The notes under the pieces were generated by a model. It made no database searches. It was not told the DNA's origin and saw only the letters and a list, made by a program, of their open reading frames with translations. Shown here piece after piece: positions 56,737 through 64,000 of a stretch of 64,000 nucleotides of DNA (position 1 is the stretch's first letter; each line of letters begins with the position of its first letter). A program made the translations under genes and the position numbers. The stretch lies in the NCBI GenBank assembly GCA_016702305.1, contig JADJEH010000001.1, positions 508,368 through 572,367 of the forward strand, written 5' to 3'. This stretch comes from a bacterium (GTDB taxonomy: Bacteria > Electryoneota > RPQS01).

Positions 56737-59454
56737 ATGAGTTCCGCACGAACTGGTTTCTTGATGTTACTGCTGGGGCTGTTGGCGTGCGCGCAAGCGA
56801 GCCCTGTTGAACAATGGCAGGGAGTGGATTATCTACAGGGACGCGCGCTCGTTGTTCTCAATGACAACGCCAGCGATGTCGTGCCGCACGTGAATGAATT
56901 CGGTGTGGTCGAAACCGGCGTGGCGGAGTTGGATGCTATCCTTGAAGAATTTGAGTGCCGTTCGATGGCCAGGCTTGTGCCGGACGCGATCCTTGACCGC
57001 ATCCCGACGGCCAGCCCCGAGGCCTACCGTACCTATGTTCTTGTGTTTCGTGCGGAATATCCCGTTCTGACGCTTCTGGAGAACCTTCTGGCGACGGCAC
57101 ACGTGCAGTACGCGGAGCCGGATGTGCTGCAGCGCATGTTCCGCACGCCTAACGACTCGCAGTTCAGCAGCCAGTGGGACAAGACCATCATGGGTTCGCC
57201 CGCGGTCTGGGACTTTACCACCGGTAGCCCGAGTATTATCGTTGCCGGTCTGGACACCGGCGTGGATTGGCGTCACCCGGACCTCGTGAATGCACTCTGG
57301 GTTAACCCGGGTGAAGACAGCGATGGCGACCAGGAACCTTGGTCCTTCAACGACTATCCCGGTGACATAGACGACCTAAACGGCGCCGACGATGAAGGCA
57401 ATGGCTACGTGGATGACTTCCTGGGCTGGGATTTCATTCAGGGCATCGGCGGCTGTTTCACCGGCGAGGATTGCGATAACGTCCAGGATAACGATATGTT
57501 CGGCCTCGAGTCGCATGGCACGCACGTGGGTGGCATTATGGCCGCGTCCGGCAATAACTCGATCGGTGTGGCCGGGCACTCGTGGAACGGCACGCTCATG
57601 GCCCTGCGCTGCGGCTATCTCGCCAGCGACGGGCAAGGCTACATGCCGCAGTCGGCGACCGTGCCGGGCACCTACTACGCAGTGGCCAACAACGTGGACG
57701 TGATCAACATGTCGTACGGCGGCGCGGGCTTCTCCAATGTCGCCGCTCAGGCGACGGTTGCGGCGTGGCAGGCCGGTGTGATTCTCTTTGGAGCGTCCGG
57801 CAACGACAATGTCAACAGTATTCACTACCCGGCCGGCTATACGGACGTTGTCGCCGTGAATGCGACCAGTCAGAATGACGGCAAGGCCGGTTTCTCGAAC
57901 TACGGAACATGGACGGATATTTCGGCGCCCGGCGTCAGTATTCCCAGCACGGTTATCAATGGCGGCTATCAGGCTTGGGACGGCACGTCCATGGCCTCGC
58001 CGAATGCGGCTGGAGCCGCGGCTTTGTTATGGGCACTGTTCCCTGATTTGTCGAATTCATCGCTGCGTGACTTGATGTACACGTCCGCGCAGAATATTGA
58101 CACGCAGAACCCTAACTACATCGGCCAGCTTGGTGCGGGTCGTGTGGATGTTGAAAACGCGGCGGCGCTGCTGATGCCGAACATGTCCGTAACCTCGGCA
58201 CTATTGAATGACAACGGCGGGGATGGCGACCAGCGGCTGGAGAGCGGCGAGACGGCGCAATTGGCGCTGGTCATCACGAACCAACCGAATTGGGCCGCTG
58301 CATCCTCCGTTGTGGTTACGGTGAGTTCCCCCGATGAGCGCGTGGTCGTCAGCAATGCCGTCCAGCAGATTGCCTTCCTTGGACCCGGTCAGTCGGAAAA
58401 CGTGACGGTAACGCTGACCGCAGGTAACATTGGCGATGCCTTCTGGCTGCCGGTGCAAGTGAACATCACCAGCGGTGAGGGCGCGAATCTGAATGTCGAA
58501 TACGAGATTCGGGTTGGCCGCGGCCGCGTGCTGGTTGTGGATGACGACGGCACGGGCAACTTCCAGCGCTTCCTGTTCAACGAGCTTGAGGAATTCGTCG
58601 CGTATCCCGACCTGTGGAGTAATTCGCTTGACGGCACGATCTCAACCTTTGAATTGAGCCACTATCAGGGTGTGTTCTGGGTCTGCGGCAACGAAGCGGT
58701 CAACACTTTGATTCAGGAAGAGCGTGACGCAATCGCCGGCTATCTGAATGGCGGAGGTAAGCTGTTCATCTCCGGACAGGGCATTCGCAACGACATTTCC
58801 GGTGATGCGTTCTTCGCGGATTACCTGCATGCCGCGGCGGATGGCGATGCCAATACCGGCGACCGCGTGGTGCGCGGTACGGCCGCGAACTCGATGTTTG
58901 GCGACCTTAATCTCCTCTTGCAGGGAGGAAGCTGCGCTAACAACGGTCAGATCGGTCCGGATAAGATCACGCCGACCAACGGCGCGGTCGCCGCGTTCGA
59001 ATACACCACCGTTGGCGGCACAGGCGCCGTGCAGTATGACGGCGACTACAAGCTGATCTACTTCGGATTCTCAATCGAAGCCGCGTGCGGTTTGGCCGGT
59101 ACGACGCACTTCTCCGAAGTTGTCAACCGCACGCTAGAGTGGTGGGGTGTGCCGCTTGCAGCTGAAGAAATCACGCCGGTGGCCGTGCCGACCTCGATTC
59201 GGCTGCTTGGCAACTATCCCAATCCGTTCAATCCGGCCAGCGATATTCGGTTTGAGCTGAGCACGGCCGCACTCGTGACGCTGAATGTGTACGATGTGCA
59301 GGGCCGCTTGGTTAACGAGCTGGTCAACGAAGTCATGCAACCCGGTGCGCATAGCGTCCGTTTCGACGGATCGGCGCTGGCCAGCGGTGTTTATTTCGCG
59401 CGGCTGTCGAGCGATCATTTCGCTCAGACGGCTAAGATGGTCCTGCTGAAATAG
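56737..59454 (+). CDS. subtilisin-like serine protease (S8) with T9SS C-terminal sorting domain
   Basis: Start at MSSARTGFLMLLLGLLACAQA; catalytic D (AGLDTGVD), H (HGTHVGG), S (GTSMASP); C-terminus ..LLGNYPNPFNPASDIRFELSTAALVTLNVYDVQGRLV....GVYFARL....AQTAKMVLLK. Confidence 0.88.
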   Translation: MSSARTGFLMLLLGLLACAQASPVEQWQGVDYLQGRALVVLNDNASDVVPHVNEFGVVETGVAELDAILEEFECRSMARLVPDAILDRIPTASPEAYRTYVLVFRAEYPVLTLLENLLATAHVQYAEPDVLQRMFRTPNDSQFSSQWDKTIMGSPAVWDFTTGSPSIIVAGLDTGVDWRHPDLVNALWVNPGEDSDGDQEPWSFNDYPGDIDDLNGADDEGNGYVDDFLGWDFIQGIGGCFTGEDCDNVQDNDMFGLESHGTHVGGIMAASGNNSIGVAGHSWNGTLMALRCGYLASDGQGYMPQSATVPGTYYAVANNVDVINMSYGGAGFSNVAAQATVAAWQAGVILFGASGNDNVNSIHYPAGYTDVVAVNATSQNDGKAGFSNYGTWTDISAPGVSIPSTVINGGYQAWDGTSMASPNAAGAAALLWALFPDLSNSSLRDLMYTSAQNIDTQNPNYIGQLGAGRVDVENAAALLMPNMSVTSALLNDNGGDGDQRLESGETAQLALVITNQPNWAAASSVVVTVSSPDERVVVSNAVQQIAFLGPGQSENVTVTLTAGNIGDAFWLPVQVNITSGEGANLNVEYEIRVGRGRVLVVDDDGTGNFQRFLFNELEEFVAYPDLWSNSLDGTISTFELSHYQGVFWVCGNEAVNTLIQEERDAIAGYLNGGGKLFISGQGIRNDISGDAFFADYLHAAADGDANTGDRVVRGTAANSMFGDLNLLLQGGSCANNGQIGPDKITPTNGAVAAFEYTTVGGTGAVQYDGDYKLIYFGFSIEAACGLAGTTHFSEVVNRTLEWWGVPLAAEEITPVAVPTSIRLLGNYPNPFNPASDIRFELSTAALVTLNVYDVQGRLVNELVNEVMQPGAHSVRFDGSALASGVYFARLSSDHFAQTAKMVLLK

Positions 59455-59533
59455 CGCGCCCAGTTTGTCGGTTTGCCCCGGGGTTATTCTAAACGGGAAA
59501 GGAATAACCGTGTTTTGTCTGAGGAGTTTGCGC

Positions 59534-62230
59534 ATGGTCGCGCTGCTCGCTCCGCTTCTGGCGTGGGCGAGCGGTGCCGTCGCGCCCGGCAGCGAGTGGT
59601 TGCCCGGCCGACTGTTGGTGAATTTCGACGAAAGCGTCGGCGAGGTGCAATCGCAACTACGCGAGCGCGGCCTATTGAGCTTGGACCAGGTGGACGTGGA
59701 CGAGCTTCTGAATCGTTATGAGGTCTTCGCGCTGACGCGCATCGTGCCCGATGGCGTGCTGGATCGCATGCCCGCCGAGCCCGACGCGCGCCGGCTGGTC
59801 GTCGTGGAGTTCCCCGCAACGTATGACGTACTTGCCGTGCGTGATGCGTTTTTGGCGCTCCCGGCGGTCGCTGATGCTGAACCGGATTACCTCATGCGCC
59901 AGCTCGATACCACGCCGAATGACCAGAGCTGGAATCAGCAGTGGGACAAGCGGCTGATGAACTGTCCGGTCGCCTGGGACTTCAGTCAGGGCAGCCGCGA
60001 GATATTGGCGGTGGCAGTGGATGGCGGTTTTTTCTGGTCACACGATGATGCCTACGATAATTTGTGGGTTAACCCCGGCGAAGACGTTGACGGTGATCAA
60101 GTTCCGTACTCGTTCCCTGATTATCCGGGCGACATAGATGACCTGAATGGTATTGACGATGACGGCAACGGATTCGTGGATGATCTGATCGGCTGGGATT
60201 TCATTGACAACATCGGCAATGCCGCGCCAGGCGAGGATGCGGATGTGCCGGACAACGACAGCTATAGCATCGGCAACCACGGCTCGCACGTACTGGGTTT
60301 GATTGGCGCACGCGGCGGCAACGGAATTGGCGTGGCGGGCGTGTGTTGGAACATGCGCATCATGGCCAGTCGGGCCGGCTACGTGCCCAGCAATGGCGAA
60401 GGCGTGGTGGTAACCTCCGCGGCAATCGCCACGATTAACTGGGCGGTCGCACATGGCGTGGACATTATCAATATGTCTTACGGCGGTCCGTCGTTCAGCA
60501 ATCAGGTGAACAACACGATTCAAGCTGCCTGGGCCAGCGGCGCGCTGCTGTGCGGCGCGTCAGGCAACGATGGCTCAACCAATCCGCAATACCCCGCCGA
60601 CTATGTGAATGTCATTTCCGTTGGCTCCGTGGATACGGACGATGGGCTGTCGAGCTTCACGAATCGCGGTCCTTGGGTCGAGTGCTACGCGCCGGGCGGC
60701 GGCGTCTATTCACTCAATCTGAATGACGGCTATACCAATTTGCAGGGCACATCCATGGCCAGTCCCAATGCGGCTGGCATTTTTGCTCTCGTCTGGTCCG
60801 TGTTTCCTGACTTGAACAATGGACAACTGCGTGACTTGGTTTTGCAGAACTGCGCCGATATTCAGGCGGCTAATCCCGGCGTGGATCCGACGTGGCTGGG
60901 GTGGGGAAGAGTGGATGCGGAGCTGGCACTGGCCGCGTTGCTGCCGAACCTGTCCGTAAACGCCGCGACGATTTCGAATGATAACGATGCCGACGGCCGC
61001 CTCGAAGCAAACGAGACCGGGCAATTGGCGCTGTCCGTGAGCAACGCGACCGATTGGTTTGAGGCGTCAGGCGTAAATGTGACGGTCACGTCCAATGATC
61101 CGAATCTCACGCTGTCGAACACGAACTACACGATTACGTCACTGCCCGGCGGACAGACGCAGCAGTTAGCGAATGCGAACGCCACGATCGCCTGCGGCGC
61201 GAATGTGCCCTGGGCGTACACGACGACGCTGACGGTTGAATTTTGGATCCCCGGCGACGTGCGCTTGGTTCGCAATGTTACGCTCCGTATTGGGCGCGCG
61301 CCGACACTGGTAGTCGACGACGATAACGGCGCCACGTTCGCCGGATTCTATGGCGCCGCCCTCGCGAATGGCGGCTATAATTTCGACGACTTCTCGACGG
61401 CGCTTGACGGCGGTGTCTCGACCCAGCTTCTGAATCATTACGACAATGTGATCTGGGCCTGTGGGAACGAACAGACCGGCACCTTAACGCAGTCGGATCG
61501 CGACGTCCTGCAATCATATCTTAGTGGTGGCGGCAACCTCATGCTCGTTGGCCAAGGGATTGACGAAGATACTGACGTGCGCAACAGCGAGTTCTACACA
61601 GATTATCTGCACTCGCAGAGCGGAGCGGCCGGTGGTTCCACGCAATTGACCGGAGTCGTTGGCGATCCGATCTCGGAGAACGCTAATTTGATTCTGCTCG
61701 GCGGTGGTTGCGGCAGTAACGGCAATGTCAGCCCGTCAGTGCTCACGGCCACCAACGGCGGGGTGATTGTCTACACCTACAATTCCAACGGTTTGGGCGG
61801 TGCGGTGCGCTACTCAAACGACACATATCGCGTCGTGTATTTCGGATTTGCGCTCGAGGCCGCCTGCGGCTCCGTCGGCTCAACTCACCACCGCGAAGTT
61901 GTGCGGCGCGTTATGAACTGGTTCGGCGCGGTCTCTGACGCCGACGATTCGCCGAACGAATTGCCGGTGAGTTTCAACGTGTCGCGCGCCTACCCCAATC
62001 CGTTCAACCCGGAAGCCAGCGTAGACCTTGAATTGAGGCGCGAGTCACACGTTCGCGTGACGCTGCATGACGTTCTGGGCAGGCAGGTCGAGACAATTGT
62101 GGACCGACCAGTCAGCGCGGGTACGCATACGCTGACGATTAGCGGCGCGAACCTGCCGAGCGGATCATACTGGCTCAATGTTTCCGTGGACAACCTCAGT
62201 CAGACGCAGCGTATTGTTCTGCTGAAGTAA
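59534..62230 (+). CDS. paralogous subtilisin-like serine protease (S8) with T9SS C-terminal sorting domain
   Basis: Start at MVALLAPLLAWASGAVAPG; HGSHVLG and GTSMASP motifs; ~40-50% identical to the upstream paralog over the catalytic domain by eye; tail ..AYPNPFNPEASVDLELRRESHVRVTLHDVLGRQV..GSYWLNVS...QTQRIVLLK. Confidence 0.88.
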   Translation: MVALLAPLLAWASGAVAPGSEWLPGRLLVNFDESVGEVQSQLRERGLLSLDQVDVDELLNRYEVFALTRIVPDGVLDRMPAEPDARRLVVVEFPATYDVLAVRDAFLALPAVADAEPDYLMRQLDTTPNDQSWNQQWDKRLMNCPVAWDFSQGSREILAVAVDGGFFWSHDDAYDNLWVNPGEDVDGDQVPYSFPDYPGDIDDLNGIDDDGNGFVDDLIGWDFIDNIGNAAPGEDADVPDNDSYSIGNHGSHVLGLIGARGGNGIGVAGVCWNMRIMASRAGYVPSNGEGVVVTSAAIATINWAVAHGVDIINMSYGGPSFSNQVNNTIQAAWASGALLCGASGNDGSTNPQYPADYVNVISVGSVDTDDGLSSFTNRGPWVECYAPGGGVYSLNLNDGYTNLQGTSMASPNAAGIFALVWSVFPDLNNGQLRDLVLQNCADIQAANPGVDPTWLGWGRVDAELALAALLPNLSVNAATISNDNDADGRLEANETGQLALSVSNATDWFEASGVNVTVTSNDPNLTLSNTNYTITSLPGGQTQQLANANATIACGANVPWAYTTTLTVEFWIPGDVRLVRNVTLRIGRAPTLVVDDDNGATFAGFYGAALANGGYNFDDFSTALDGGVSTQLLNHYDNVIWACGNEQTGTLTQSDRDVLQSYLSGGGNLMLVGQGIDEDTDVRNSEFYTDYLHSQSGAAGGSTQLTGVVGDPISENANLILLGGGCGSNGNVSPSVLTATNGGVIVYTYNSNGLGGAVRYSNDTYRVVYFGFALEAACGSVGSTHHREVVRRVMNWFGAVSDADDSPNELPVSFNVSRAYPNPFNPEASVDLELRRESHVRVTLHDVLGRQVETIVDRPVSAGTHTLTISGANLPSGSYWLNVSVDNLSQTQRIVLLK

Positions 62231-62250
62231 TCACGGCCTTGTAGCAATTA

Positions 62251-62290
62251 GAAAGCCCCGCGAGAACATCGCGGGGCTTTCTATTATTGC
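62251..62290. terminator. bidirectional terminator between convergent S8 protease and M42 peptidase genes
   Basis: GAAAGCCCCGCGA-gaaca-TCGCGGGGCTTTC flanked by T-rich/A-rich runs. Confidence 0.75.
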
Positions 62291-62304
62291 ACGGCGTAAT
62301 ATTT

Positions 62305-63354
62305 CTATAGCTTGTCGTCCAACTCGTAGCCTGAGCCCGTCGTGGTTTCAAGATACGCGGCCAATAGCTTCACGCAGGATTCCAAGTCATCTTTGTGCGC
62401 CGTTTCCACGGTCGAGTGCACATAGCGCAGCGCCACCGAAATCGCGCCGACCGCCGTGTTACCCGAGACCATGCGGATCGCGCCGCCGTCCGTGCCGCCG
62501 CGCGGGAGGATTTCGTACTGCCAGGGAATCTTTTTCTTCGTGGCGATGTCCTTCAGCTCACGCACGAGCTTCGGATTGGAGATCATCGAGCCATCCATCA
62601 CCTTGATACACGCGCCGCCACCGACTTTGGTCACATGATCCTGCGGCGGAGTGCCGGGGATGTCCGCTGCAATGGTCACGTCCAGCGCGATACCCACGTC
62701 CGGCTTGATGTCATTGGCCGCGCCCATTGCGCCGCGCAATCCGACCTCTTCCTGCGTGGTGGCCACGGCATAGATGTGCACCGAGTGCTTCTTGACGAGC
62801 TTAAGCGCCTCGATCATCAGCCACACGCCGAAACGGTTGTCGAGCGACTTGCCGGTTAGGCAATCACCTAACTCATCTAATTCGCGCGCCATGGTGATCG
62901 GATTGCCGACTTCGACTAACTTCTCAACTTCCTTATGCGGCAGGCCGAGATCAATGAAGTAGTCGGTGACGTCCAGCGACTTCTTCTTTTCCTCTTCCTT
63001 CAAAATGTGCACAGGCTTTGCGCCCATGACACCCAGCAGCCGTTTCTTGGCTGTGTGTACATAGACTCGCTGGCTCATCATCGTGCGCGGATCAAAGCCG
63101 CCGAGCGGCTGAAAGCGCAGGAAACCTTCCTTGTCAATGTGCGACACGATGAAACCGATTTCGTCCATGTGCCCGGCAAGCATCACGCGCTTCTTGCCCG
63201 TACCTTTTCGGTAGCCTGTCAAGTTCCCAAGCGAGTCCACGCCAACCGTTAACCCGACTTTTTCGAACTCGGCGCGAATCAAAGCTCGAATGCCCTCTTC
63301 GCGGCCCGATACGGCGTGACATTCGCACAGCCGTTTCAGCAATTTGAAATCCAT
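62305..63354 (-). CDS. M42-family aminopeptidase / endoglucanase-like (FrvX/CelM)
   Basis: Start at MDFKLLKRL (RBS GGAG) inside ORF 62305..63567; metal-ligand motifs ..MLAGHMDEIGF.., ..SLDNRFG.., ..TTQEEVGLRGA.., ..ALDVT.A typical of M42 peptidases. Confidence 0.85.
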   Translation of the reverse strand: MDFKLLKRLCECHAVSGREEGIRALIRAEFEKVGLTVGVDSLGNLTGYRKGTGKKRVMLAGHMDEIGFIVSHIDKEGFLRFQPLGGFDPRTMMSQRVYVHTAKKRLLGVMGAKPVHILKEEEKKKSLDVTDYFIDLGLPHKEVEKLVEVGNPITMARELDELGDCLTGKSLDNRFGVWLMIEALKLVKKHSVHIYAVATTQEEVGLRGAMGAANDIKPDVGIALDVTIAADIPGTPPQDHVTKVGGGACIKVMDGSMISNPKLVRELKDIATKKKIPWQYEILPRGGTDGGAIRMVSGNTAVGAISVALRYVHSTVETAHKDDLESCVKLLAAYLETTTGSGYELDDKL

Positions 63355-63420
63355 AACTCCTCTATGGTGTTTGATTTCGACACCTTTTGGCCATAATAAC
63401 AATTCTGCCGCAGAAATGCA

Positions 63421-63450
63421 AGAAAAAGGGCCCCGGTTCCCCGGAGCCCT
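63421..63450 (-). terminator. ftsZ terminator (minus strand)
   Basis: Minus-strand hairpin GGGCTCCGG-gga-CCGGGGCCC followed by TTTTTTCT. Confidence 0.55.
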
Positions 63451-63472
63451 TTGAAACGTCTGTGCAAATCCG

Positions 63473-64000
63473 TTAGTCCATCTGGCGGCGGAGGAAGGTC
63501 GGCACTTCGAAGTCTTCCAGTGAACTTTCGCCCTCGTCGCCCACGACGACGGGTTCGGTGCGACCATTCACTTCGCGCGTTAACGGACGCACGTTCATTG
63601 GGAACGATTCCGGCATGCGTTCGATCCGAATCGGCTCGCGCCGCAGGACCGGCTGCGGAGTTTCGGCAACCGCTGCGGGGATCACCACGGGCTGCGGACG
63701 CGTGATCACCGGAGCGCGATAGACATTTTGCGTCGAGCGCGAATGGGCCGGTGCACGGTTGAAGCCGGTGGCGATGACCGTGACGCGCACTTCCTCCGAA
63801 ATGTTACGATCAATCACGGCGCCAAAAATCACTTCGGCTTCCTCGCCTGCGGCCTCGGTGATCACCGTCGTTGCGTCGGCGACATCCATCAGCGTCAAAT
63901 CGCCGCCGCCCGTGATATTCACAAGCACCGAACGCGCGCCGTCAATCGAGACTTCTTCAAGCAGAGGAGAGGAGATTGCCTGCTGCGCCGCTTCCACCGC
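63473..64000 (-). CDS. ftsZ: cell division protein FtsZ, C-terminal portion (gene continues beyond window end)
   Basis: ..DGARSVLVNITGGGDLTLMDVADATTVITEAAGEEAEVIFGAVIDRNISEEVRVTVIATGF.. is the FtsZ C-terminal domain; variable linker and C-terminal EDFEVPTFLRRQMD tail (FtsA/ZipA-binding peptide). Confidence 0.92.
   Translation of the reverse strand, partial: AVEAAQQAISSPLLEEVSIDGARSVLVNITGGGDLTLMDVADATTVITEAAGEEAEVIFGAVIDRNISEEVRVTVIATGFNRAPAHSRSTQNVYRAPVITRPQPVVIPAAVAETPQPVLRREPIRIERMPESFPMNVRPLTREVNGRTEPVVVGDEGESSLEDFEVPTFLRRQMD

Noticed and set aside
1-64000. tRNA, rRNA, transposase/integrase or CRISPR-cas content
   Set aside because: Scanned intergenic regions >80 nt (17547-17849, 19466-19815, 27311-27570, 56434-56736 and others). 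None show tRNA cloverleaf signatures, rRNA-like conservation, IS inverted repeats or recombinase ORFs.

Overview
This is a high-GC (about 60%) bacterial chromosomal segment with no rRNA, tRNA, CRISPR or mobile-element genes that I could find. The organism guess (FCB-group or candidate-phylum type) rests only on T9SS sorting tails, sigma-54/type IV pilus content and GC, and is weak.

- **1..14.3 kb:** the colinear S10-spc-alpha ribosomal superoperon, rplD (partial) through rplQ on the + strand. Several r-proteins carry low-complexity tails.
- **14.3..28.7 kb:** an accessory region.
  - Secreted proteins with Por/T9SS-type C-terminal sorting domains (..NYPNPFNP..KMLLLK), one of them frameshifted.
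  - dinB, a large SBBP-like beta-propeller repeat protein, rpmE and a DUF1385 gene.
  - A heavily decayed, tandemly duplicated FG-GAP/T9SS-tail gene.
  - ychF.
- **28.8..56.4 kb:** an extended type IVa pilus supercluster: pilB, an inserted pseudo-cyclase-like gene, pilT, pilC, a sigma-54 activator (pilR), pilA, a Fis-like gene, a 2031-aa Ig-like-repeat lipoprotein, an OM beta-barrel, minor pilins pilV/W/X-like, a TPR protein, pilT2, DUF4388, a GspE_N(MshEN)-Hda/DnaA-like AAA+ fusion, a REC domain, an atypical histidine kinase, a pilM-pilN fusion, a lipoprotein, pilO, pilP and pilQ. There are three TGGCA-N6-TTGC (-24/-12) sigma-54 promoters, upstream of pilB, pilA and the Fis-like/giant adhesin genes.
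- **56.7..62.2 kb:** two paralogous subtilisin-like (S8) proteases with T9SS tails directly downstream of pilQ.
- **62.3..64.0 kb:** an M42 aminopeptidase and the 3' end of ftsZ, both on the - strand.

The most unusual items are the MshEN-Hda-like fusion ATPase, the catalytically dead cyclase-like gene wedged between pilB and pilT, and the sigma-54-driven giant Big-repeat lipoprotein/OM-barrel pair inside the pilus locus.

Coordinates of elements I indexed by eye (promoters, terminators) may be off by 1-2 nt. CDS bounds follow the supplied ORF track, with starts re-chosen on RBS and N-terminal conservation.
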